A stretch of DNA of 64,000 bases. It comes from Amoebophrya sp. A120 (lineage: Eukaryota > Protista > Dinoflagellata). The notes beneath the pieces are model-generated. The model searched no databases. It had not been told where the DNA came from and saw only the letters and a program-made list of their open reading frames with translations. The stretch spans positions 1,207,386 through 1,271,385 of the forward strand of contig CAJINV010000016.1 in the NCBI GenBank assembly GCA_905178155.1. The letters are read 5' to 3'. Both the position numbers and the translations under genes were made by a program. Below are positions 11,573 through 22,563 of this stretch, piece by piece; position 1 is the first letter of the stretch; each line of letters opens with the position of its first letter.

Positions 11573-12382
11573 CATAATCGTCAGGCCACATAGTCGTCAG
11601 GGGCTGGCAACCCAGGATGGGCCGACGGTAGTGGTGATGTATGAAAAACTGCGATACGATGGTGATACAGACCGAAAGCGGACTAGCGTACGGCGCGAGT
11701 TGCAACAGCCCACTGGGCACACGGGCGGACCACTACTGCGGTGAGTGAAGTTATCCTGGAGGCGCGCACAGGTCGCGATGCAAAGTAGTGATAGTGCTGC
11801 CCTAAGCTCTTCGACAAAAAATTAAAACCAAAACCTCGGTCACAACAAGAAGTAAGCTTTCGTTCTCAGCAAGAATTTCAATTTCAACAAGCGTAAGACA
11901 GGCTCAAAAAGCACTGCAGCGTAAGAAAGGACCAAGAGGCGGACAACAGCAAAAAGCTCAAAAAAAGAAAAAACAAAAACAAAAACTTCCTTTTCGACTA
12001 CGTACAGCAAGACTTTCACTTCAAGTTTTCTCTTCACAAAAACAGTTTTTCGCAGCGACCGACTAGTTTTAGCTTCTTTTCAACAACCTTTTTAGTACTT
12101 TTTCAGAAACAACAGCTCCGACGTTGAGGCAGCTTTTACTTTTACAACAAGCAAGTAACCTTTGGACTTTCAAAAAAAAAAAAACTTCAACCTTTCTCTT
12201 TACTTCTTTTACAGTTTTGTTTATACAGCCTTAAGCTCTCGCTTCTAGCGACAGTTCCTTTTTCTAAGGCAGAGGCCAAAGCAGCTCTGCCAAGTTGTCC
12301 TTTTTCTTGAAATAGCGCTAACCATGTGAGAGGAAGCACAAATTTCCAAACGGTTCCACATGACCTTCATCAACAAACAAAC
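11573..12382 (+). mobile_element. SINE/non-LTR-like retroposon with an 11-bp TSD and (CAAA)n tail
   Basis: AAAAAAGAGAA at 11562-11572 and 12383-12393; ends CAACAAACAAAC; GC-rich ~230-nt head. Confidence 0.6.
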
Positions 12383-12554
12383 AAAAAAGAGAAGAGATTG
12401 ATTCTTCATTTTTTGAAATCTCATATCGATATTGAATAGTTGATGTAATGTCAGTTATAGTGATGTTTTGGGAAACCGTTGCCAATTGTTGGTCCATAAA
12501 TATGATTCTTCGAATTTTTTTTTCAATGAAGTCCCAATTGAAATGATCGAAAAT

Positions 12555-14339
12555 TCACAATCCTACCGCTTTCATTTCCGCCAGCATTTTGTTTTCAATT
12601 TTCGTTCTGAACAATTCTTCTTCCCGCTCATAGTCTTCCCGTAATTTCCCAATCGCCTCCTCCTTGCATTCTTTCAGTTGTTTCTTCTTCACCAGCAGCA
12701 TTTTTTTCAAGTTGGAAAGTTTCTGCATCTTCTCCTCCACCTCCAGAAGTTGTGTGTCCGCCTTGGTAAGTTGTGGTTGATACAACAGCTCCACTTCGCT
12801 GACATGTTTGTTCAGTTTCGTATGTTCGTGGTTTTGAAAGTCTTGCAATTCTTGTTGTAATTTGTGATTCGCGCTTGTCTCCAATTGTTTCCGCTTCTGG
12901 TCCTGCTTCCAGAGTTCAAGTTTCTCCAGATCGCGGGTCAGTTGTTTCTGCTGCTCACGGACCGATTGTTCGAAGCAGTTGATTTGCTCAAGATCTCGCT
13001 CGGGGAACGAGAAGAGCTGCCGGTTGTGTGAAGAAGGTGTCTGTGGCCCGTGATGTTTTTGGTCGCCGGCGGACGGAGCACCTGATGCGTTGTTCACGAC
13101 TGGGATATAGACCTCCGCAGGACGAGAGGTGTATCGCGATGCAGCTAGTACAGCAGGATGACCGCTCGCCTGCCCGCGGAGTAGCATGTCTCTGACGTCA
13201 AAGGCTTGCTCACTACTAGAAGGCGCCATATTGCTGCTGGGAAAAAACGGCGTCGGCGATGCTCCGTTGTACACATCGCCACTAGAAGCGGAACTGTCTT
13301 CCGGATGAACAGGCATGCCCAATAGTTTCGCTTTCGCGCTGGTTCTCTGATCATCTGCTTCCACCGCTCTCTGTTGCGCCAGCCGCATCACATCCGCTGG
13401 CGTTTCTAGCGTGCGGCAGGATGTCCGGAGAGGAGCGGCGTCGCACAGGTGCATGTTTTGCGAAGAGCAGTGTAGGCCAAGCGGAGACTGCTCGCTCGGC
13501 GGATTATCTTCACCTTCTGTTTGCATGGTGCAAGGACTTCTCGGACCTGCTTTCGCGGATTTGCTTTTGCTTTTTGCAGTACAACCTCTACTGGTTGTTC
13601 TGTTTGCGTCACTGCCGCCACTACCAGCCTTGCGGGTTGTGGTTCTTGCGCTGTCAGTCTTTGCAGCTCCTGCGGAAGATGCAAATCTCATTCCGGACGC
13701 ACTGTTTGGTCGACTAGCTACGAACGATGCGCCTTCCCTCGTCGTCCGGGGCGTGATCTTGCTCGTAATTCTGCCACTCGAGGAGGACGCTGGCGCTTGA
13801 CCATTAGAACTAGTACTCGGCGTGATGGAAGTTGTAGCATTGCGATCTGGTGCAGCAGTCACAGCGGCTCGCGTAGTTGCCGCAGCAGGCGTTGCTGTTG
13901 CAGCTCCGGTCGTGCTGTTGATATCGCCTTGCCGAGAAGCTAGTCGAGATGCAGATGTTGCCACAGCGTTTGCGATTGCCGACGACGCAGGCCACGGATT
14001 GGCGTTCGCTTTTCTCGCGGCGCCATTAGGTGTACCAGCCCGGGAGGGCAACACCGCCACTGGGGGTGCTCTCTTGATGATACCCAGGTCGTGTTCCACT
14101 CCCACAACAGATCCAGAGGGCGCAGTTGCCGACACAGCTGGCGCAGGAGCTGCGGCGCCACCAGATGAGTTTGAGTTTGCGTCCCCGGCTCTGTAATTTC
14201 TGCTCTGCAATCGCAATAAGGACTTCCGGGCCCGCTCCCGCAGATTTTCGGCCACCGAGGCGGGACGTTGCACGTCTGGATAGTCAGGGTTGATGTGGTC
14301 GTCCTGATCTGGTGGCATCGCTGCTGCTGTCGTCGACAT
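12555..14339 (-). CDS. Hypothetical protein: Ala/Ser/Thr-rich disordered N-terminus, C-terminal coiled coil
   Basis: Uninterrupted 594-aa ORF with ATG; E/K/Q/L-rich heptad-like C-terminus. Confidence 0.8.
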   Translation of the reverse strand: MSTTAAAMPPDQDDHINPDYPDVQRPASVAENLRERARKSLLRLQSRNYRAGDANSNSSGGAAAPAPAVSATAPSGSVVGVEHDLGIIKRAPPVAVLPSRAGTPNGAARKANANPWPASSAIANAVATSASRLASRQGDINSTTGAATATPAAATTRAAVTAAPDRNATTSITPSTSSNGQAPASSSSGRITSKITPRTTREGASFVASRPNSASGMRFASSAGAAKTDSARTTTRKAGSGGSDANRTTSRGCTAKSKSKSAKAGPRSPCTMQTEGEDNPPSEQSPLGLHCSSQNMHLCDAAPLRTSCRTLETPADVMRLAQQRAVEADDQRTSAKAKLLGMPVHPEDSSASSGDVYNGASPTPFFPSSNMAPSSSEQAFDVRDMLLRGQASGHPAVLAASRYTSRPAEVYIPVVNNASGAPSAGDQKHHGPQTPSSHNRQLFSFPERDLEQINCFEQSVREQQKQLTRDLEKLELWKQDQKRKQLETSANHKLQQELQDFQNHEHTKLNKHVSEVELLYQPQLTKADTQLLEVEEKMQKLSNLKKMLLVKKKQLKECKEEAIGKLREDYEREEELFRTKIENKMLAEMKAVGL

Positions 14340-15082
14340 AATGGAAGGCTTAACGAGGATTCATTGTGAGAATGAATGATCTCTGAGAAAGCCACTGCAA
14401 GAGTGTTTGCGCTTAATATCTTACACTACACTTCCTAAAGGCGAGAATCATCTATAAACTTCATCGCATAGCAGCGAATGGAAGGGTTTGCGATCACAAC
14501 CCTGCATTTCTCAAGTGGAGTCGCACAGCCGGTTTTGGGTCACGCTCGAGAACTCGAATCTCGTCTCGGAGCTCTTTTTTTCACCAAACGCTAACGCATG
14601 GGCATGCATAGAACGCAAAAAGAAAAATCAGTAATTCCAAACAAGGCCGAATATTTACTTCGGCAACGGCGGCAATTCATTTTCTTTTCTAGGTTTTCGT
14701 TTTTAGCCCTTAATCGGTGCCTCCAGCCGTGGCAGCTCGGGAAAACTTATCAAGACAAAAAATCAACAGTGGCATTGACGACGAGGAAAAGTATTTCGGA
14801 CTGCGTCAGTTTGTACAAAGGCTGCAAACGCGGCGTGGTGTCGTGACAATCCCCTGAGACAGCTTCTACGATCTACTACCTCGGATCATGTCAATGTCGT
14901 GTCAGACAGTTTCGTTTCTCGTCAGCTATGAAAATCTACTTTGTGTTCGGTGTGTTGATAAAAGTTGATAAACGTAAAAATTGCAACATCTGCAGCATCT
15001 GCTCTTATTTGCTCCTCTCGCTTTATTCCGCATAACCAGCACCCGTTCTGCATTCATTTTTTCGAACATCTCGAAAATCGTT

Positions 15083-17310
15083 TTAGGTCTTCGACTATCA
15101 AATGCAAAAGTGTCTGGGTCTGGAAGGATGTAACTTGTCGTGATGCGCATTTCAGAACACACAAAAATCTCTGATGCATAGGCAGCAAAAGCTGCTCACT
15201 TTCTGTCACCAAAGTGGGGGATTTGTCATGGGGATTCGGCATTGCGGAAGCTTCTCGAAACCTGTGATGCTAGAGCTTCCATGCCAGACCTTCTGTGTCA
15301 TGCAGAAACAGCATGACTCTTCCAGACCCAGACATTTTTACATTTGATATCGACACGATCGCTCCTGACCCAAACGTGAAGTTGAACGGTTCGTCCTCCT
15401 CTTCACTCGTGTCATCCGGTTCGGGCGGCTTTGGCTGTAGTAAATTCCCCGTTGTCCCTCCTCCCGCTACTTCCCTACTTCTCCTCCCCACTTTATTCGC
15501 CCGGGCGGAGCTCTTATCCAAGAGAAAGAGTGCGTTAGTGTAGGTTTTTTAGGAAAACAGCATCACAAGTTTGTCTGCTATGAGAGAAAAAACTTGTCAT
15601 GCGCAGAGAGAACGGGAAAACACGTAGGAAGCGAGCCAACCATGCATGTGGAGCATGACAAGGGTATACTGTTTTGCATTTTCTGCATCACAGACTTACA
15701 CTTACACCGTTTTTTTCTTGCATAGCTGTTCCGCGCGGAGCCCTGTGACCGCGCCGTGTGATAACTCCTCGTCGTGGAGGGCGTGGGTGGGGCGGGTATC
15801 GCAAGAAAAAAGTGTTACAGTTTTCACACATTGTGTTGCAGGCCAAGCAAGACAGACAAGCTCTGCCATGCCGGATATGCATAGGAGCCTCGTTTTTTTC
15901 CGTAGGATTTCTGCATTACAAGTTTTCTCTCTCATGGAGAGAAATTTGTGTTGCTGAATTGACTACAACTGTGTGACTGTATACACTTTTTATTTCGTGG
16001 GATAGCGAGAAGGGAGCTGCCAGTGGTGGAGATGGATGCTGATTTTGTCAAAGAAGAAGAACTAGAGGCACCGCCGGTGCTGCTAGAAGATCCGCCGCCG
16101 CCAGAGACGAGATGGAGGGGTAATTGCAGTTTTGGTGGTATCACGGAATTCGGTTTTGAACTCGCTGATGGTGTGTCGCTATCCAGTGGAAAATAAGTAT
16201 CGACGCGCTGGTACGTATTGTAATCTAAACCTGGATGCCTACAGGAGATGTCGAATCTGCATGACAAATTCCCTTGTTCTATTATTTGCAAAAATTTGTC
16301 GTGCGATTTCTACGTAGCACGAACAGGATACTTTTGCAATGGATAGCCGCCTTCGCTGCTGTTTGCATCTGCCTGGAGCTGGTCCGTTTCTGCACGTTCA
16401 AGGGGCTCGAGGAGACAACGGTACAACACATGATACCTGTTGTAGTTGTTTTGCAGAATCTAATATTTCTTTGTCACGCACACGCAGTCCTAACGTTTGA
16501 AACTCGTTTTGCAATGCGGAAGTTGCATTTGCAAGAATATCCTTGTGCATCGAGACCACAAAAAGAGCAAATCTTCATCAGTTTCATTATGTACCTCGTG
16601 CTAATGTTGTGCTCCCACTCGGTCACCGGTGATTCCCAGGTGCTGACCTTCGTGATTTCGTTGTAGTAGTACTCATGGCCGCCGTCCTCACTCTGGTACG
16701 GCCCCGAAAACCCGGCTATTGCTTCCAATGCTCGCTGGTGGACTCCTTGTAAGTGGACGTCGATAATGCGAGAGATTTCGTCTTTCGGAACGCCCGGGCC
16801 GGGGACCGAACGAACTTTCTTCACCATCTGGCAGGTTTTGTATCGATTATCACCATCTTCATCTTGTTTTGCATGATCATTGATCACCATCTTGTTTTGC
16901 ATGATTTGCACGTCAACTTTGACTTCTACAAATGGTTTTGAGAACAGCATGGCAATCAAAAATTTCAACATCTTAATCTCTATCGGAACAAATTGTACCT
17001 GTATCAGCTCCCGGTACGTCCTGTCCGTTGGGTGTGCCCAGCTGGACTGCTCCGTTGCGTAGTTGTAGAAGTATATTCTGCCTTCCGGGTCGGAAAATTC
17101 TGCCCAGTTGGGCGGCAGTGGTGCGATGTAGGCCTCCTGCATGATGCGGAGCAACGTGCCCTGGGTAAAGTCATCGTCTTGTTGGAGTGTTTCCTCGTCA
17201 CAGCCGAGGTACTGGACGAATTGAGCGAAATCTGGGTCGGACAAATCCGGGAGGGGTGCGCCCTGATCTTGGTTCTCGTTCTCATCCTCGTCGCTATCTT
17301 CGCTGGACAT
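15083..17310 (-). CDS. Tandem WW-domain protein with a CEP164-like N-terminal module
   Basis: APLPPNWAEFSDPEGRIYFYNYATEQSSWAHP and YYYNEITKVSTWESP; GT-AG introns 16828-16998 and 16437-16594 plus introners; 3' exon structure approximate. Confidence 0.75.
15096..15349. mobile_element. Introner family A (254 bp)
   Basis: DR TCGAC; same + orientation as 1428-1685 although the host gene is on -. Confidence 0.92.
15540..15985. mobile_element. Larger inverted-repeat element, probably intronic, in the WW gene; ends uncertain
   Basis: IR CAGCATCACAAGTTTGTCTGCTATGAGAGAAAAAACTTGTCATGC versus reverse-complement CAGCAACACAAATTTCTCTCCATGAGAGAGAAAACTTGTAATGC; no clean DR found. Confidence 0.5.
16180..16345. 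mobile_element. Degenerate introner family B (166 bp)
   Basis: TATCCAGTGGAAAAT ... TTTTGCAATGGATA; DR GTCGC/GCCGC. Confidence 0.75.
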
Positions 17311-17938
17311 TGTGAGCTGCTATCGAGGCTACCTCTCTTTTTTGCTAGTAACCCCGACCGGTAGTTCCACCTTACGACTCGGTGCAGCTACACGTCGCGT
17401 GCCTTCTACTCCCTATTGCCGTATGGCATGCGAGCAAGTTAAAGTTTGTTGCAGAAGAAGCACGACCCCATGGAGGCGTTGCTGTAACGAGCAGAGGGAG
17501 GGACGCAAGCTAGAAATGGTTCTTCTGGAAGATGAACATGACATGTCGGGTAGAAACAAAGCCTGGACATCAACTCGTCTCTCGGTAAGTCTGAAGAGAA
17601 GCGGGCCAGACTCGGGCAGAAAAAAAGAACCAGACACCACGCAATGCTGACCGAAGCGGAAGATTTGAAAACGGATATAATCCAAGAGAAACAAAATTTT
17701 CTTCAACTCAAGAACTTGTTCAGTCGCTTCACATTATGATGCACTCGCTCAGATAGTAGTGAACTTCAGAGACAATGACAAAGATGAATGAAAAACTTAA
17801 GTACAACTCGAGGGCGAGGGGGAAAGTAGAACTACGCGAACAGCTGAACACGAAGAATTCATGCCGCTGACTACGTAAACTCAAGCGCCAGCTTTCCTTC
17901 AAACAAGCCGAAGAGTTGCTCAGACAAAAATCATTCTG

Positions 17939-20900
17939 TCATATCTTTCGATTTTTTATTTGCAACTGAAAGGCGAGCGTTTGTTGCCCAGCGGCCTGTG
18001 GTGCTGTCGGCATGTTTAAACTGATTTCCTGAAAACCGAGTTTCAAAATCTCTTCCCGCATGGACCTGCACTTTTGAAAGAACATTTCTACGTCGTTTGG
18101 AAACCCGCAGTCAGTAACATACTCTAGAATCAAGAGGATCTTTTTCACTTTTGGTTGCAACGGGGAAGACACATCCTCACTTTCTTGCGCGTAATCCACG
18201 AGAGAAGAGAGAAACGTCGTGGAAGATGGCGAGGAGTCTAGTGGTTGGCTCACTACTAAGTCGGAAAACCTGAAAAAGTCGAGCCGTAGAGTCAGCGTTT
18301 CGATTGCGGCAAGTGTTAACTGCGGGAATATTGTTGGCACCAAGCTCGAGAAGAAGTGGGCTGCGGCCGTGATTGTAGTTGGTGTGTCTGATTGGTGTTG
18401 TTCTATGCAAGGTCGGTCTATCGCGGTGGACTCCTCTTCAACTCTGCAGAAAGCGAATGGCAAAATGACAGCTTCTCGATTTTTCTCCTCCGTAGTACTC
18501 AAAGCTGCTCCGGCCACTACAACTCCCAGCTCCCCGTAGTTATCCGCCTTCCTCCCGCTGCTGTCGGCGATAGCCTTCGCGTACCGGTGGAGAGAGGGTT
18601 CGAGGATGAGCTCCTTTACCTCGGAGCAGGTGGCGCGATAGGGTTGTAAGAGAGCGGTTGTACTATCAACATCCACATGACTACTTTTCTGCGCAGCTGT
18701 CAACGTGTGTCTCTCCGTCCCGAACCGGAGCTCGAGACAAGGGTTTTTCGAAACGGTGGCCGTTTCAGTTTCTGCAACTTCTACCGTTGCTCCTCGTGGC
18801 GACGTGATTTGCAAGTCAATTTTCAAGTATCCATCGTCGCTGTCGTCTTCTTTGTTTTGTAGTAGTGTCTCGTCCACCGCTCCAGCACCAGGAGGCATTT
18901 TTGCGGTCGTTGAGGGAGCTGCCTCCGAATCTGGTGTCACGGTCAACGCAGTGTCTGTGTCGCTCCCCGCTGTTCTTTGAAACCTCAGATTGATCTCGTC
19001 CACCTGCACGTCGCTCAGCTGCTTGTACCCAAATTCCCCGCACCAAAACTCGCAATCTTTCGTCTTATCCGCGAGTTCGAACCCTTTCGCCTCCATCTTC
19101 TTCACCGTCTCCCCACACGTCGCCCCGTTTTCGTACATGGCTTGGCGGTTTTCGCACAGCACTTCCAGCTCGATCTCTTTAACCTTCCTCCGTAGCGTTT
19201 CACCACTCGCAGACTCGATTATTTTCAAATCCAGCCCCTGCGCGTCGATTTTGATCAGTTTGACTTCGTCGAATTTCCGGAACCAGTCGGACAGCACGGT
19301 TTCTAAGGTCACACAGGGCACCTGGCGGACTTCTTTCAAACCGGAGGCAACGCGCTCACGGAGTTTCTGCATGTCGTAGTTGGTGTGGCGGACTTTGTAG
19401 ACCGGATTCCCGTCTATATCGTACTCCACATCGTAGCTTTTGTTGTGGTCCTGCTCTTTGTCCACGTGGTCCGCTTTTGGTTCCACTTTATTTCTTTCAG
19501 CTGATGCTGTACTACCTCCAGCTGGCGGTAGAACACTACTCGCCCCGTCCAACTCCATCACGTGGAAGTTCAAATACCCAGGAGCAGTTGTACTACTACT
19601 ATCACACGGCCCCACGGCGAAGGGTAGCGCAACGCCGCGTTTGTGCATGACGCCCGCGTTTTTTTCGTTCGGCGCCTCCCGGAATCTGGAAAGCAAGTAG
19701 CTCCACTTGTCTAACAACGGTTCGAAACTGGCGATGAAAAGCGTTTCGTCCGCTGCCTCCACGAACTTCTTGTCTTCGTCCATCAATATCCTGTGCAAAA
19801 GTATCGCACTCGTACTAAATGCAGATATGCATGACAAATCTAACCCTCTTCTACCTGAAATTGCATGAGAGATTGCATTTTTGTTCTTGGGGAAATTTGT
19901 AATGCAATTCATACTAGTACGATACTTTTACTTTTGCAGTGCATAATCAACAGATTGCGACTATTCGACCCGATTTCCAGCATCAGTTGTTTCTTTTTCG
20001 TTTTTATGCATTGCAAAAGTGTCTGGGTCTGGAAGGTTGGAACTTGTGATGCTAGCTCTCCATAACTAGGAAATCTGTAGTACTGCATAGCCAACAAAAG
20101 TCGCAGCCTCTTTTATACACGCAAAAACGCAGTTTCTCATGCGAATTTCCTATGAGAAAGCGCTCTGAAAAGTTGTCATGCTGTGTTGCATTCGAAACGG
20201 TTTCCATCATCCACATTTTGGCATCACAAGTTTCCAGACCCAGACATAATTTTTGCAATCCATAGTTTTTGGTAGCACCGCTTTCTCCGCAACCGACTCG
20301 GATCTCCCATTCACAATTATCACAGGAAAAAGTGTTAACGTTAATGGGATTTGTGATGCAGTAACGCATCAGAAAAGGTACCCAAATTTGTATTGCGTAG
20401 CATGCATGGAAGGCAAAATTTGTAATGCATGACTGCCATTTGTGAAAACCGTTAACGCTAATACTTTTTTGTTTGATAACAATCTGTTCCGCCTGCTCGT
20501 ACATGTAGTCCACGGACTCCCTCGGTGCGGTATCCTGTGCAAAAGTATCGCACTCGTAGTAATTGCACTTGCAGTCATGCATTACAAATCTCGTTCCCAA
20601 CGCAAATCAGCATGACAAATTCCATTAGTCATGCTGAGCGAATTTGTATTGCAATTACTACTAGTACGATACTTTTGCAGTTCATATGGAGAGAAGGATA
20701 TCAAATCGTACCCCCCGTGGATCTTGTTCTTCACCGGGAGAAAGCGCAACGTCGGCGGCAAAGCTCTCGTGTCTATCGTGTCCATTTTCGACTGCGCTTG
20801 CAGCTCCTTCCGCGTTTCCGCATCCCAGTACGGGTTGTCATGGGTAACGACGGACGCTGCTTGACCTTTCAGACTGTCGGGAAGTTATGCACTGCAAAAG

Positions 20901-21669
20901 TATCGCACTCGTAGTAATTGCAGTCATGCATTACAAACCCAACACAACTTTCTACCCGAAATAGCATGACAAATTGCATTTTTGAACTTGAGAAAATTTG
21001 TAATGCATTTATACGAGTACGATACTTTTGCAATGCATAGAAGTTCGTGGTAGGCGAAACCGGGCATGACGCGGGTAAAGTTCCGGCGGTTTACGAAGGA
21101 ATTGATGTAGTGGAAGTTGAGAACGGGGAAGTCTTTCACCAGGAGGGTCGTTTTCGTAGTTTGTCTTTCTGCTGCGTTTTCTATTTCTGCTGCGGTGTCC
21201 TCTTTTGCAGTTGTCGTGGTCCCCGTGTCTTTTGTCGACGAAAAGAAGATGTTTTTCGTGCCCGGGTATCCTGCGCAAAAGTATCGCACTCGTAGTAATT
21301 GCATTTATGCATGACAAAACTCTTTCTTAAGCTGTATCCGCATGACGAATCATGACAAATTCCATTTGTCATGCTGAGCCAATTTGTAATGCAATAGCAA
21401 CACTACGATTTCGATACTTTTGCAATTCATACCGGGAGCGGTTTCCAATCGAAGTGTGCTGTCGGGCGGGTCGTTGCGGAGGAGCCCGCGGCTAGTAATT
21501 CGGGAACGAGAATAAAGAATTGTAGCAAGAAAGACGAGGACATCTTCGCGCCGATCAACGGCCGAGAAACCACAGCGGAGGCCGACATAAAGGACGCGGC
21601 GCAACGAACGAACATCTTGGCCGGCTTAATTTCGTTCTTGCAGTTATAGTAGGTTCGCCCGGCGGCCAT
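17939..21669 (-). CDS. FkbM-like SAM-dependent methyltransferase-domain protein; 6 introner introns
   Basis: Reconstructed LMLEIGSNSRN...IASFEPL...VALPFAVG...VPCVTLETVL...VKLIKIDAQGLDLKIIES, matching the FkbM pattern; alternative start near 21543 gives a signal-peptide-like N-terminus. Confidence 0.78.
19787..19945. mobile_element. Introner family B (159 bp)
   Basis: DR ATCAA; restores RNLLMDED. Confidence 0.93.
20005..20264. mobile_element. Introner family A (260 bp)
   Basis: DR GTTTT; restores VLPKTKKK. Confidence 0.92.
20318..20478. mobile_element. Introner family C (161 bp)
   Basis: TATCACAGGAAAAAGTGTTAACGTT TIR; DR ACAAT; second copy at 62259. Confidence 0.9.
20531..20686. mobile_element. 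Introner family B (156 bp), diverged DR
   Basis: DR TGCGG/TGGAG; removing element+5 nt still restores SFSPPRES. Confidence 0.88.
20886..21039. mobile_element. Introner family B (154 bp)
   Basis: DR GAAGT; restores YHELPDSL. Confidence 0.93.
21267..21431. mobile_element. Introner family B (165 bp)
   Basis: DR CCGGG; restores KPLPGTKN. Confidence 0.93.
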
Positions 21670-22563
21670 GCACAGCAAAACTTTATTTACGAGAAAAAAA
21701 TTATAAGGTCACTCCGTTTTATTTTTGTTTTTCTCGATACGCATGCCCATGCGGTAATGCCGCCAGTGTCAAGTACAAGTTCCACGACCTGCGCAAATAC
21801 GAGGCGGACAGAGAACTAGCCAATGAAGATGGAACAGTTCCAGCAAGCAGTGAGACCTTCACCGTCCTGGCAGTGATGGAGTTGTTTGAAGCTTGGAAAC
21901 ATCACACTTCTTGTGTATTTTGTACATCATCAATGTTCAGTTCAATAGCAAGGAGTGATCTTACCTGGGACACAAATCCTGCGTAGCATACTCTGAATCT
22001 TCTTCTTCTGCATAGTTCATTGTTAGTGTGCTTCGACGAAACTTGAATTGTACAGGTCCAATCATACTATCAATTCGAAAAGAAAAAGATAAATTATTGC
22101 ACGAAACATTTTTAATACTTCGGCTACTATTACAACCTGGTGCCGATGTGGCTGCGCAGTTTCGCCTTGCGAAGAGATGAAGACTACGCAAACAAGTCGA
22201 AACTACTACGAGATTTTCTTTCACAGTTTCTGTCTGGAAGGAACTTTTGACTCAAAGCTATTTCTATCGAAGCAAATAGTTTTTGTTTCTTGTTCCGGGT
22301 CTGATTATCTGCTAGAAAAAGAAACTGGAGCTGCAAATACGATGCTAATCTTAATTTCTGTGACGATACGACCTTTCCAAGTGAAGGCGTTTCTACTGCT
22401 TGAGTATCAATATTGATTTTTGTACCTGGATTCAAATTTTTACGTGCGAGTAGAGATACGTGTCGCTACAGCTGCTAGAGCTCATGTTTATCTTCCTTTT
22501 TCTTCATCAACCGAGTTCCTGCCAGGAACCCTCTCCAAAATCCTATCCCCCCGACCGCGTCAG

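Noticed and set aside
11640-11700. AAACTGCGATACG resembling 5.8S rRNA
   Set aside because: The match is too short, with no flanking rRNA similarity.
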